Assembly: GCA_036651955.1 (NCBI GenBank)
Contig: JAVVWU010000005.1
Location: 1,153-65,152, forward strand
Direction: 5' to 3'
DNA from: Kiritimatiellia bacterium
GTDB lineage: Bacteria > Verrucomicrobiota > Kiritimatiellia > RFP12 > DVOR01
DNA length: 64,000 nt
Below, one piece after another: positions 9,697 through 19,487 of this stretch. The position numbers and the translations under genes are program-made. Numbering within the stretch: the stretch's first letter is position 1; every line of letters begins with the position of its first letter. The notes beneath the pieces were generated by a model that worked only from the letters and a program-made list of their open reading frames with translations, had not been told where the DNA came from and made no database searches.

Positions 9697-10026
9697 TTAT
9701 TTAGACGCTTCTGCGGCTTGAGCGGCTTTGCGAGCCGGCTCAACATAAGCTTTCGCGCGTTTTTTGCGGATTTGCGTTTCGACCTTGGCGGCGGCCATAT
9801 CGACTGCGGCACGCATCGAGGTGTCTGTATCTGCAGAACCGACGAAGGTCTCATCTTTACGCTGGGCAATGACTTCAGCAGAGCAAAGCTTGTTTTGGAA
9901 ATCCATCACGACGCGAACAGATTCAACCATCGGGAACGATTCCCCGATTTTTTCTGCGCGCTGTTTCGCGTATTCACGGAAACCTTCGGAAATGTCTTTG
10001 TGACGTGCATTCACTTCTATTGTCAT
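9697..10026 (-). CDS. hpf: Ribosome hibernation promoting factor / RaiA family (short form)
   Basis: 109 aa with the pattern MTIEVNARHKDISEGFREYAKQRAEKI...VRVVMD, typical of sigma-54 modulation protein/HPF. It lies downstream of lptB. Confidence 0.85.
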   Translation of the reverse strand: MTIEVNARHKDISEGFREYAKQRAEKIGESFPMVESVRVVMDFQNKLCSAEVIAQRKDETFVGSADTDTSMRAAVDMAAAKVETQIRKKRAKAYVEPARKAAQAAEASK

Positions 10027-10073
10027 GTGTTACCTACCTTTCGTTGGTTGGTGTGTCATCCTCGGCAATCTTC

Positions 10074-10817
10074 CTACATACGGAAGTTATCACCGAGGTA
10101 AGAATGTCTTGCCTGCGGGTTGTTAATGAGCTCTTCGCTCGTCCCCTCGCAGAGGATACGTCCTTCAAAAACGATATAAGCGCGATCAACACTATTGAGT
10201 GTTTCACGGACATTGTGATCCGTGATAATCACACCTAAACCTTGTTCTTTGAGTCCTCGGACGATTTTCTGGATATCGTTGACGGCAAGAGGGTCAACGC
10301 CTGCAAAAGGTTCGTCGAGCATCAGAATCGCTGGACGACGCACAAGTGCGCGAGCGATTTCAAGTTTACGACGTTCGCCACCTGAGAGTGTATAGGCTGG
10401 TTGCTTGGCAACTTTGGTAAGTCCCAAAGAGGAGAGCAATTCCTCTAATCGTTCCGCTTTTTCAATACGGGTGGGATGTAAAGTTTCAAGAATCGCAAGA
10501 ATGTTATCTTCAACGCTTAATTTACGGAAAATACTCGCCTCTTGTGCAAGATAGCCTAATCCGATACGTGCGCGTTGGTAAACGGGTAAATGCGTGATGT
10601 CCTGTCCACGAAAGGTAACAGATCCACCATCGGGACGAACAAGACCGACCACCATGTAGAAGGTGGTTGTTTTTCCTGCGCCATTGGGACCTAGCAATCC
10701 AATGACTTCTCCACAAGACGCGGAGATTGAAATATCGTTAACAACAGTTCTTTGACCGTAGATCTTTTTAAGACCTTTCGCCACGATATCTGGTTGTTGT
10801 GTTTCTTCGGTTGTCAT
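10074..10817 (-). CDS. lptB: LPS export ABC transporter ATP-binding protein
   Basis: It has a Walker A motif (GPNGAGKTTTFYM), the signature LSGGERRKLEIARAL and the LptB-type C-terminus (ARHSYLGDNFRM). Confidence 0.9.
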   Translation of the reverse strand: MTTEETQQPDIVAKGLKKIYGQRTVVNDISISASCGEVIGLLGPNGAGKTTTFYMVVGLVRPDGGSVTFRGQDITHLPVYQRARIGLGYLAQEASIFRKLSVEDNILAILETLHPTRIEKAERLEELLSSLGLTKVAKQPAYTLSGGERRKLEIARALVRRPAILMLDEPFAGVDPLAVNDIQKIVRGLKEQGLGVIITDHNVRETLNSVDRAYIVFEGRILCEGTSEELINNPQARHSYLGDNFRM

Positions 10818-11392
10818 TACATCATATCCTTCAGACCGTCTGTTGCTCCAGCAGGAAGCGTCAATATGGGGCGTGGATAAACTTCCATGCGTTGATCATC
10901 GGTCCAAATCGTAATCTTATCACCACGGACATGGCTCTTTTTTCCATCTTCGGCAATATTGGTGAGCTTCGCTTTACCGACCATAACAAGCTTCGCATCT
11001 TTTTTTGTATAGACGGCTTTTTGGCATGTGGCACGGCGGTTTTCATTGGAGACGGCGACATTACCAATGACCACGAGCTGACTTAAGTTATTAGTTCCAT
11101 CAAGAAAAACGAACAGTTTATCGGAGGTCAAATGGAATCGTGCATCATCGACAATGACATTGTCGGTCATAATAGCAACTGTTTCTTTGTAGTTGTATTC
11201 CATCTTATCGGCGGTGATTTTGGTGTCACGAAGTGCTACCGTTTTTGTGGCAGGCGCAGGGAGCGCAGGTGCGAGAAGTGCTTTTTTCGCTGCACTCATT
11301 CCATCGTCATCAGCGGTGGGCGTAACGGCATTTGCACTTATTCCCGACTGTACGAGCGTAAGGCAAAGCAGAGAGAATAAACATATTTTCAT
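10817..11392 (-). CDS. lptA: LptA/OstA-like periplasmic LPS transport protein
   Basis: The ATG at 11392 gives the signal peptide MKICLFSLLCLTLVQSGISANA. OstA-like repeats are present (ITADKMEYNYKETVAIMTDNVIVDD...LTSDKLFVFLDG). Its stop overlaps the lptB start. Confidence 0.55.
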   Translation of the reverse strand: MKICLFSLLCLTLVQSGISANAVTPTADDDGMSAAKKALLAPALPAPATKTVALRDTKITADKMEYNYKETVAIMTDNVIVDDARFHLTSDKLFVFLDGTNNLSQLVVIGNVAVSNENRRATCQKAVYTKKDAKLVMVGKAKLTNIAEDGKKSHVRGDKITIWTDDQRMEVYPRPILTLPAGATDGLKDMM

Positions 11393-11405
11393 CTTTAAGT
11401 CCTTT

Positions 11406-11963
11406 TCAAAACATTCCACGCGCCGAGAAATCGGCGTCATTTGTTCTATGAGTAATCACTTGAGCATGCTTTAGAATTTTTACGTACTCCATTTTGAGGT
11501 CACACCATGCGCCCTCCCCCGTGAGGATATCTTCGCCGTAGGTGCCATGCACTTTCCCTTTGGCAACGGCGAGCATCGCGGTACGATCTAAAACGATCTC
11601 TTCAGCATCCAAGGTCGACTCGATTGTCCCATCCATCTTGAAATTCTCAATGTGCACGATATGTCCACGAACCGATAGCATATCGGGAGAGACCCATGCT
11701 TCTTTAGCTGTCACGAGCGTTTGAGCCTGTCCATTGGGATAACTGCGAACAGGTAATTGCAAATTGAGCGCAGGCGGTCCAAGTGTTGAAACGGGTTTCA
11801 AGAGTTCTGCTTCAAGCGCGACATAACGTGAGGCTTCACCGGGAGCGGCGTAACGTGCAAGAGCCTCTGGCGTTAAGCGTTCTTCTGCGAGCGGCGTTAT
11901 CTCCACGGCATGAACGATGCCGAAGCTGATGCAGACGAAGATAAAAGAGAGGCATTTCATCAT
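11406..11963 (-). CDS. LptC-like protein (by position and architecture)
   Basis: 185 aa with an N-terminal hydrophobic anchor. It sits between kdsA and the lptA-like gene, as lptC does in canonical clusters. Sequence similarity is weak by eye. Confidence 0.4.
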   Translation of the reverse strand: MMKCLSFIFVCISFGIVHAVEITPLAEERLTPEALARYAAPGEASRYVALEAELLKPVSTLGPPALNLQLPVRSYPNGQAQTLVTAKEAWVSPDMLSVRGHIVHIENFKMDGTIESTLDAEEIVLDRTAMLAVAKGKVHGTYGEDILTGEGAWCDLKMEYVKILKHAQVITHRTNDADFSARGMF

Positions 11964-12787
11964 GATTTTATCAGCGCATCAATTTTCATCAGCTTAACCA
12001 GTAATTCTTCTAATGCGCTGAATGCAATGGCATTCGCCGCATCCGAAAGTGCTTCTGGCGGGTTGAAGTGCGTTTCAATAAAGATACCATCAACACCTGT
12101 TGCAACTGCGGCGCGTGCGAGTGCCGGAGCCCAACGTCCATCGCCACCACTTCCTGCACCGAGACCGCCGGGGCGTTGCACGCTGTGGGTCGCATCAAAG
12201 ACAACCGGATATCCGAGTTCACGCATCACTAAAAGGGAGCGCATATCAGCGACAAGATTGTGATAACCGAAACTGGCGCCACGTTCAACTAATACAATCT
12301 TATTGTTGCCTTCGGCTTCAACTTTACGAACCACGTTGATCATATCTTCGGGGGCAAGGAATTGTCCCTTCTTGATATTAACCACTTTGCCTGTCTTTGC
12401 GGCTGCAATGACAAGATCTGTTTGGCGACAAAGGAACGCAGGGATTTGCAAGACATCACAGACTTCGGCAACAGGTGCACATTGCCAAGGCTCATGAACA
12501 TCGGTCACAATCGGTACATTGAAACGGCGTTTGACTTCTGCGAGCGTTTCAAGTCCCTTTTCAAGACCGGGACCACGATAGGCGGAAAGGGATGTCCGAT
12601 TGGCTTTGTCGAACGAAGCTTTGAAAATATAGGGGATTCCAAGACGGGTCGTTAACTGAACAAGCGCTTCGGCGAGTTCTAAACACGCAGCATGAGATTC
12701 AATTACGCAAGGACCTGCCATCAGCGTCAATCCGCCTGCGCCAAATGAAACTTTGTCATTCACCTTTACAAGGGTGCAATCTGCCAT
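11960..12787 (-). CDS. kdsA: 3-deoxy-8-phosphooctulonate (KDO8P) synthase
   Basis: 275 aa with LMAGPCVIES, KASFDKANRTS, TDVHE and HSVQRPGG motifs, characteristic of KdsA. Confidence 0.9.
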   Translation of the reverse strand: MADCTLVKVNDKVSFGAGGLTLMAGPCVIESHAACLELAEALVQLTTRLGIPYIFKASFDKANRTSLSAYRGPGLEKGLETLAEVKRRFNVPIVTDVHEPWQCAPVAEVCDVLQIPAFLCRQTDLVIAAAKTGKVVNIKKGQFLAPEDMINVVRKVEAEGNNKIVLVERGASFGYHNLVADMRSLLVMRELGYPVVFDATHSVQRPGGLGAGSGGDGRWAPALARAAVATGVDGIFIETHFNPPEALSDAANAIAFSALEELLVKLMKIDALIKS

Positions 12788-12986
12788 AACGTTAAAACTC
12801 CTTCCGTTGATGCACGCAGTTTATCAAATCCAGTAGAAAATAGAAATAGAAGAGGCATCTTTCATTGCTTTTGGAGTGTAAAAGAAATACCGCTAATTTT
12901 GAAAGATTGCCCCTCTCCGATGCATTCTAGTATTTCATCAGGTCGGCACGTGCCGCGCGGTATTTTAGAAATATAGGCGGAAGCGA

Positions 12987-13436
12987 CTATGCGCTAAAGC
13001 GACGGAAAGCCTCGTAGGCAGCGATGGCAACGGCGTTGGCGAGATTGATTGAGCGCCCGTAGGGGCCGGGCATAGGAAGAATGGCGAGCTGATCGACATA
13101 ACGCGTGTAATATTCTTTCGGCAATCCCGAAGATTCGCAACCAAAGACCAGTGCACCATCAGGGAAAAGGGGCGCTTCATAGAGCGTTCGCGTACCTTTC
13201 GTGCTGAGGAAGCAAAGGTGTGAAGGTTTTCGTAACGCAAGATAGTCTTCAAATGAATCGTGAAGCGTCAAATCTAAATGTTTCCAATAGTCCATACCGG
13301 CACGACGAACATGGTTCTCATCCAGTGAAAAACCAATAGGGCGAACGAGATGAAGCGGCCAGCCCAATCCTACACAGAGCCGTCCAATTGCACCTGTGTT
13401 GTGCGGAATTTCAGGGTGCAGTAATACGATATCCAT
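12987..13436 (-). CDS. trmL: tRNA (cytidine/uridine-2'-O)-methyltransferase, SpoU/TrmL family
   Basis: The ATG at 13436 gives MDIVLLHPEIPHNTGAIGRLC, which matches the TrmL N-terminus. NLANAVAIAAYEAFR lies near the C-terminus. Confidence 0.8.
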   Translation of the reverse strand: MDIVLLHPEIPHNTGAIGRLCVGLGWPLHLVRPIGFSLDENHVRRAGMDYWKHLDLTLHDSFEDYLALRKPSHLCFLSTKGTRTLYEAPLFPDGALVFGCESSGLPKEYYTRYVDQLAILPMPGPYGRSINLANAVAIAAYEAFRRFSA

Positions 13437-13437
13437 A

Positions 13438-15363
13438 TTAAAGATCTTCGTCCTTTTTGAAGCCAAAACTTTTGTCCAGAATCTTTTCGGGGAGCGTTAG
13501 TACGTGCCACTGTGGATTTGAAAAAGGTCCGGTCACATGGATTTGCATCATGAGCGTAGAGAATGGAACGGAAGCCCAACGTGTCAGTTCACCCATTAGC
13601 GTATTACGTTTGAAGATACCGGCAATGACTTTAGCGTTGATATTGTTTTCAGGAATATTATAGGTAACGGGTCCTTCAATCGAGAATAAATCACCTGAGA
13701 GTGAAAAGTCTGGAAGGTTGAAAACGCCATTGGTGATGGTGCCTTGCAAATGTGCCGTAGAGGAATCGGTAATTGCGGAAATGCCCGGAACGTGTTCTGC
13801 CATAATGTCCGTGAATCCGGCGAAGAGAGGTAAGCGCCCAATGAGTCCACCGGCAAGTTTGAGATCACAGTCTCCATTGATAGACGACAAAAAGGTGTCA
13901 TCGGTTCTGCATCTAAAATCAAGTGAGCCGTTGATGGTTGAGTTGGTAAGCGTGTCAATGTTAAACGGTGTGAGAAGATTAGAAAGCGCGGCATCTTGAA
14001 ATTGATTGATGGCGTGAATGTCGACATATTCTGCGGAATGTGGCACGGTAATATCCACGCTTCCTGAAATGACACCACGAGTGGGGAGCGTAGCACGTAG
14101 AGACGTTAATGAGAAAACGCTGTTGGTCATGGCAAGTTCGACTTCTGCTGCGGCTAATGGAATTTTATCGAACATACACGTTTCGATGGAAACGTGTCCT
14201 TTGAGGATGACGTGTTCCGGTGCTTGTTCTGTGAGGAGAGGAATACTTCCTTCAATCGAAACTGCCGGCGGAAGGTTGCTACTGATGGCTGGAATTGTTT
14301 CGGTGAAAGGTAAATCAATTAGGCGCAAACATTCTTCCGGGGAAAGTCCATGACCTTTGGCATTGAATGAAAAACGATCTGCTGGACAGTCAAAACGAAG
14401 TGATCCCGTTGCCGCAACATGCCCATTCCGTCGAACGACAATCGGAGAAATCGTTGTAACGGCATCAAAGATCCCTTTGCAAAGAATCGTGCCTTTGGCT
14501 TCATCAAAAGGAACGCCGCAATAAGTGCCTCCACCATTTGCGATGATGTCGACGCGAAAATCAAAGAGATTTCGCCACTTATCAAATCCGACCACGAATG
14601 CACAATCTCCCCGAGCCGGCGCGTTGAGAATGAAATTATTACTATAGTCTTCAATGATAGGGAAATTAAGTGCCCGATAAACGCCATTGACACGTGTTTG
14701 ATAAATATTACCGAAAATACGCGCCGTGAGTTTGGCATCGTGAAGATCAACAGCAATGGTTGCATCAACAGATTCTTTATCGTTATCAAGAATGCCATGA
14801 AGTTCTTCAAAATGGAGGATGCCGTCAGCGGAGGTTTGAAGAACGCCTGTGAGCTGTTTAACGGAAATATCAAGAACCATTGGACGGTCAAGGCGAAGTG
14901 CAACGTTGTTGAATAAAGGAATTTCTATTTTGGAAAGATCCGGGAAGGGCGCGTGAGGTGTATCGACTTGGTCGATCGGTGCATTTTCTGGCCATTCAAT
15001 CTGTGCTACGTAAAGGTCGCTGATGGAGAGATTCCGCACACGTTCTGCCGCGGTGAGATTCCTTGCGAAAAGGTGTATCTCAAGATTTGCGTGCGAAAAG
15101 GCTACAAGAATCTTATTGTCAGAACTTCTACGAAGATGAAAATCGGTAATAACGAGACCCGTGTGTGGGCGAAATGCAAGATGTCCTACTGTGACTTTTC
15201 CGACAGATTCAGGAAGCACGCGATTGATTCGAGCTTCAACCCAACGCCCCGGAATGCCATAAGCCAATACGCCCATTGCAATAAGAGAAAGCATAACGAG
15301 AATACCAAAGAGCCAAAGGACCCCATGAAGAAAGGTAAAGGAGAGATGAAGAAGGATGCGCAT
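13438..15363 (-). CDS. Large membrane-anchored protein, AsmA/TamB-like (hypothetical)
   Basis: 641 aa with an N-terminal TM anchor followed by a long beta-rich sequence. The beginning (VGKVTVGHLAFRPHTGLVITDFHL) resembles AsmA-family N-termini. The functional call is weak. Confidence 0.4.
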   Translation of the reverse strand: MRILLHLSFTFLHGVLWLFGILVMLSLIAMGVLAYGIPGRWVEARINRVLPESVGKVTVGHLAFRPHTGLVITDFHLRRSSDNKILVAFSHANLEIHLFARNLTAAERVRNLSISDLYVAQIEWPENAPIDQVDTPHAPFPDLSKIEIPLFNNVALRLDRPMVLDISVKQLTGVLQTSADGILHFEELHGILDNDKESVDATIAVDLHDAKLTARIFGNIYQTRVNGVYRALNFPIIEDYSNNFILNAPARGDCAFVVGFDKWRNLFDFRVDIIANGGGTYCGVPFDEAKGTILCKGIFDAVTTISPIVVRRNGHVAATGSLRFDCPADRFSFNAKGHGLSPEECLRLIDLPFTETIPAISSNLPPAVSIEGSIPLLTEQAPEHVILKGHVSIETCMFDKIPLAAAEVELAMTNSVFSLTSLRATLPTRGVISGSVDITVPHSAEYVDIHAINQFQDAALSNLLTPFNIDTLTNSTINGSLDFRCRTDDTFLSSINGDCDLKLAGGLIGRLPLFAGFTDIMAEHVPGISAITDSSTAHLQGTITNGVFNLPDFSLSGDLFSIEGPVTYNIPENNINAKVIAGIFKRNTLMGELTRWASVPFSTLMMQIHVTGPFSNPQWHVLTLPEKILDKSFGFKKDEDL

Positions 15364-15968
15364 TATTTTCGAGTGGGAGGAACAGGAGGAAGGGGACCTT
15401 CTCCAGTGAGTAATGTCGCTGTCACGTCTTTGTGACCTTTAACGGTAATAGGCGGAACGGTCAAAGTATAGTGCTTGGGCTCAGAATCTGAGACCGTAAG
15501 GCGTGCGTTAGAGGCTTCGGCAATGAGATACCAGTCGTTGGCATTGGACACGATGGCAAGCCGATCGCCCCAAGGCTTAATGGTACAGGGGGGGAGAACT
15601 TTATTGTTAATGAGTGTAAACGTAATGTCTGTTTGTGGCGCTACTCCCATCGTACGAACGGTATAAGATTGACGTTGAATAGGGCACGGATCGGTTTCCG
15701 TCAAAGGCGGTGTCACGATTGAAATCGCGGTGGTTGCCCATCCGTTTGGGTGTGCCACGCCGTCTTGCGAGGCGGTGGTTGTTCCTTCGCATTCACTGAT
15801 ACGGATCGGATTTGCAATCCATTGTGTGCGCGGCTTAATTTGCCAAGTCCTGTTTGACGCCGAGTCGGTTACAGTTGTAGAGAAGCAGGCGTCAAGAACG
15901 AGTGGAGGAAACTCTGCGAAGAGTCCCATTGCACAAGAGAAAAAGAGAAAGGCGAGGAACTGTTTCAT
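15363..15968 (-). CDS. Hypothetical secreted protein
   Basis: The ATG at 15968 gives the signal peptide MKQFLAFLFFSCAMGLFAEF. I recognised no motif. Its stop overlaps the downstream start (TAATG). Confidence 0.5.
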   Translation of the reverse strand: MKQFLAFLFFSCAMGLFAEFPPLVLDACFSTTVTDSASNRTWQIKPRTQWIANPIRISECEGTTTASQDGVAHPNGWATTAISIVTPPLTETDPCPIQRQSYTVRTMGVAPQTDITFTLINNKVLPPCTIKPWGDRLAIVSNANDWYLIAEASNARLTVSDSEPKHYTLTVPPITVKGHKDVTATLLTGEGPLPPVPPTRK

Positions 15969-15969
15969 C

Positions 15970-16851
15970 TTACGATTCCTGATAAAAAATACGTGAGTGT
16001 GGGGGGATGGAGTGCGTGAGCCAAACGTTCCCTCCAATAATAGAATCATGACCAATTACGGTCTCTCCGCCTAAAATCGTGGCACCGGCATAAATGACTA
16101 CGTGATCCTCAACATTTGGATGACGTTTAATTCCCTTTACGAGATGTCCTTGCTCGTCTTTTTGGAATGAACGCGCACCGAGTGTAACCCCTTGATAAAG
16201 TTTGACGCCTTCACCAATGACACACGTTTCACCAATGACGACACCGGTGCCGTGATCAATGAAAAATCCTTTGCCAATGGTTGCTCCGGGGTGAATGTCA
16301 ATGCCTGTACGGGAATGCGCATACTCACTCATTACGCGAGGAAGGAGATGCACGTCTTGTTGGTAGAGTACATGGGCAATGCGATGCGTTGCGACAGCAA
16401 GAAGTCCGGGGTAGGACATCACAATTTCCATATTGGAATGCGCCGCAGGATCGCCTTCATAGGCGGCAAGAACGTCTTCTTGTAAAAGAGTGCGAAGCTC
16501 CGGGAGTTGTTCAAATAAAAATCGAACGACTGTTTGAGCATGACCCATTCCGTCAAAACCTTCTGGACGCGTATGTTCTAGCACGCGATAGGCTTCAATA
16601 CGAGCAATTTGGTCGGTCAGGACATCGGCAATGCCATGTAATCGTGTTTTGACGGAGACGAGATCTTCGTGGTCAATCGGTTCGTACGTGAGACAGCCGG
16701 GGAAGAGTGCCGAAAGGAGTGCCTTCAGAACGGCGACCATCGCGGCACGTCCCGGAAGATTAACGCCACGCAATGTATTTGCGGCAAGACAGTTCTTGCA
16801 GACAAGTTTACCGGCGAGCGTTTCTAAAAGTTGATCGAAATCGTTAGACAT
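15970..16851 (-). CDS. cysE: Serine O-acetyltransferase
   Basis: It has left-handed beta-helix hexapeptide repeats ([53 protein letters not shown]). The start could be 16851 (ATG) or 16899. Confidence 0.8.
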   Translation of the reverse strand: MSNDFDQLLETLAGKLVCKNCLAANTLRGVNLPGRAAMVAVLKALLSALFPGCLTYEPIDHEDLVSVKTRLHGIADVLTDQIARIEAYRVLEHTRPEGFDGMGHAQTVVRFLFEQLPELRTLLQEDVLAAYEGDPAAHSNMEIVMSYPGLLAVATHRIAHVLYQQDVHLLPRVMSEYAHSRTGIDIHPGATIGKGFFIDHGTGVVIGETCVIGEGVKLYQGVTLGARSFQKDEQGHLVKGIKRHPNVEDHVVIYAGATILGGETVIGHDSIIGGNVWLTHSIPPHSRIFYQES

Positions 16852-18643
16852 CTTTCTTGTCTCCGGGCGAGAGGCTGAGAATGACGCGATCTGCGCCAAG
16901 GTTACGCAATCCTAAGAGAATCAAAAGATTGCCAATGAGACTTGCCGAATGAGTATGCAATAACGTTGCCTGTAATCCGAAGCGACGACAGAATCCATAA
17001 AAGTCTTTCAGCGTACAATTATGAATGTTGGGCGTATCGTACCATTCGTAGGGGAAGGCGCGCGCCTTCGGCATCCGTCCATGAAAAAGCAACGACAACC
17101 GCATTCCGAGATAACCGAAGTTGGGGAACGCAATCAATGCTGAACGCGCCACACGGAGCAGCTGAGTCATAACGTGTTCGGGGCGCGTAAGGACTTGAAT
17201 AGTATGCGAGATAATGGCGATATCAAAGGCGTTATCGGGGATGAATTTCAAATCATTGTCGATATCTGCCATGACGACGTTGAGTCCGGCATGAAGCGCT
17301 TCAATCACCTTGGGAAGATTCCGTTCCAATCCGATACAGTGCGCTTTCTGTCGAAGGGCAACTTGTTTAAGCAACGTTCCGTCACCACACCCGATATCAA
17401 GAACGCGTGCATTGATCGGAATATGACGAATGAAAGCGTCAAAAGCTTCGGTCTCTTCGTGATTGAGCGAAGACGGATCATCGGCACGTGTTGCCGTCAA
17501 GAAGGCTCGCATAACCAGTTTAAGCTCATCAATATGCGTGAGGAATGCATCGTGTCCCGCTGGCGCGTACAGATGACAATAGGAGATGTCTTTACGTTCG
17601 GTAATACACGCCTGCACAAATCGCCGTGCTTGTGCACGTGTGAAGAGCCAGTCGCCGCTGAGGCTGACTAATAGTAGTTTTGCTTGGACATGACGGAGTG
17701 CGGCTTCAAGGCTTCCATAAATTTCCTCGGGATCATAATCATCAAGTGCGCGCGTAATATGGAGGTAACTATTGGCATCAAACCGTTTGACGAATTTTTG
17801 CCCTTGGTATTCCAAGTAAGACTCGATTTCAAAGTAAGTGCGAAAATCGCGCGAAGCTTGTGCGTGAAAATCTTTTGTCTCATTGACCCACTCTTCACGT
17901 TTACCACGCCCAAATTTATCGTCCATGGACGCTTGGGAAAGATAGGTGATATGCGCTAAGCGACGGGCATTTGCGAGACCGGCTGCCGGCTTTGTCCCGG
18001 TGTAGTAGTCGCCATGCCGCCAGTTGGGATCTTGAATAATGGCATGACGCGCGACAATGTCAAAGGCTAAGGCTTGTGTATTGAGCGCGGCGGCAGAGGC
18101 TACGAGCAAACATTTCTCCATGTCTTCGGGGTGACGAATTGCCCATTCAAGGGCTTGCATCCCGCCAAAGCTACCGCCGACAACGGCCGCAATGCGGCGA
18201 AATCCGAGTTGCCGCACGACGGATCGATGAACGGCAACAATATCACCGACAGTCATTTCCGGAAAGGTTGATCCATACGGTTTCCCCGTTCGTGGATCAA
18301 TGGAAGACGGACCTGTTGTTCCTGAACAGCCGCCGAGAATATTGGCGCAGAGAACGCAAAAACGATCGGTATCAATTCCGGCGAGAGGACCAATCATTCC
18401 TTCCCACCACCCGCTCGGCTTATCCGTTTTTGGGTTTTCTCCGGGACGATACCCAATTACGTGCGCATCACCTGTTAAGGCATGACAAATAAAAAGAACA
18501 TTACTGCCATCGGCTTTGGGCACGCCTACCATTTCATAGCGGACGTTAATTTCGGGCAGAATGCCGCCTTTTTCCAACCGCCAACCGCCGGTTGGTGTTG
18601 TTATCTTAAGGTCATGCGGTTCTACAATGCCGATAGTACTCAA
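16844..18643 (-). CDS. metX: Homoserine O-acetyltransferase fused to a MetW methyltransferase-like domain
   Basis: The N-terminal ~380 aa are MetX ([28 protein letters not shown]). The C-terminal ~200 aa are MetW ([42 protein letters not shown]). The start is TTG, preceded by AGAGAGGA. Confidence 0.85.
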   Translation of the reverse strand: MSTIGIVEPHDLKITTPTGGWRLEKGGILPEINVRYEMVGVPKADGSNVLFICHALTGDAHVIGYRPGENPKTDKPSGWWEGMIGPLAGIDTDRFCVLCANILGGCSGTTGPSSIDPRTGKPYGSTFPEMTVGDIVAVHRSVVRQLGFRRIAAVVGGSFGGMQALEWAIRHPEDMEKCLLVASAAALNTQALAFDIVARHAIIQDPNWRHGDYYTGTKPAAGLANARRLAHITYLSQASMDDKFGRGKREEWVNETKDFHAQASRDFRTYFEIESYLEYQGQKFVKRFDANSYLHITRALDDYDPEEIYGSLEAALRHVQAKLLLVSLSGDWLFTRAQARRFVQACITERKDISYCHLYAPAGHDAFLTHIDELKLVMRAFLTATRADDPSSLNHEETEAFDAFIRHIPINARVLDIGCGDGTLLKQVALRQKAHCIGLERNLPKVIEALHAGLNVVMADIDNDLKFIPDNAFDIAIISHTIQVLTRPEHVMTQLLRVARSALIAFPNFGYLGMRLSLLFHGRMPKARAFPYEWYDTPNIHNCTLKDFYGFCRRFGLQATLLHTHSASLIGNLLILLGLRNLGADRVILSLSPGDKKDV

Positions 18644-18752
18644 ATGGAAATCCTCTCTTAGTGACGCAATAGCATACCAAAACCCTTTGCCTCTTCCTAA
18701 TGGGGCATGCGGAATGATTTGAAGTCGTTAAATGTGCAGCCCTTAGCTGTTG

Positions 18753-19487
18753 TCAGCTGTTGTGAAGTCCACGGGCAAGGACTAAAACGTAAACCGTTTT
18801 AGCTCCGGCAGCTTTCAGCAAATGCGCACACGCATGACACGTTGCGCCAGTCGTCATAACATCGTCAATGAGGAGTAATGTTTGACCGCGAATGTGGCGT
18901 GGATGTTCGGTGCGATAGGCGGCAAGCGCATTGACGAGGCGTTCTTTACGTCGTAGATGTGTTTGGGAAAGAATCCCCGTATCAACACGCCGAAGCAGTT
19001 TTTCACGGCAGGGAAGGGTAAGCACTTTTCCCAATGCGGCGGCTAAAAGACTGGCTTGGTTATACCCGCGATGTCGTCGTTTGCGCGGGAGCATCGGAAT
19101 GGGAACAAGTGCATCAATGTGAATGTTTTTGCCTTCGATTTGCTCAATATACGCCGCTTGCATCCACAAAATTAAATCGTCGAGTAACCAGATTCCGCGA
19201 TGATACTTGAAACAGTGAATCAGATCGCGAATGGCGCCTGCATAGCGCGTGGCAACAATGGCACGTTCAAATGCCGGCCGATGCTGTAAACATTCGTCAC
19301 AAATGAAGTCGGGACCTTCTGAAAGTGTGGACTCCGCTCCGCAAATTGAACAGCTCGGATTGCGAACGACAGGAATGCGTTCAAAACATTCTTGGCAAAT
19401 ATGCCCATGCTTTCCTGCTGGACGTTGGCAGAAAAAACAGTCACGTGGATAGAGAAGATCAAGCAACCATGAAAACGTGAACTTCAT
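18753..19487 (-). CDS. comF: ComF-family phosphoribosyltransferase-like protein
   Basis: It has an N-terminal Cys4 cluster (CFFC...CQEC, CSIC...CDEC) and the PRTase motif LLLIDDVMTTGAT. Confidence 0.75.
   Translation of the reverse strand: MKFTFSWLLDLLYPRDCFFCQRPAGKHGHICQECFERIPVVRNPSCSICGAESTLSEGPDFICDECLQHRPAFERAIVATRYAGAIRDLIHCFKYHRGIWLLDDLILWMQAAYIEQIEGKNIHIDALVPIPMLPRKRRHRGYNQASLLAAALGKVLTLPCREKLLRRVDTGILSQTHLRRKERLVNALAAYRTEHPRHIRGQTLLLIDDVMTTGATCHACAHLLKAAGAKTVYVLVLARGLHNS

Noticed and set aside
9672-9869. An N-terminal extension of the hprK ORF to 9869 (396 aa), and similar upstream extensions of ptsH, trmL, lptA, argS, holB, nrnA, ilvA, dfx and the second CHR gene.
   Set aside because: The extensions overlap the preceding gene or a terminator, and their sequences do not look like real protein. 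Internal ATGs with an RBS give proteins of canonical length.
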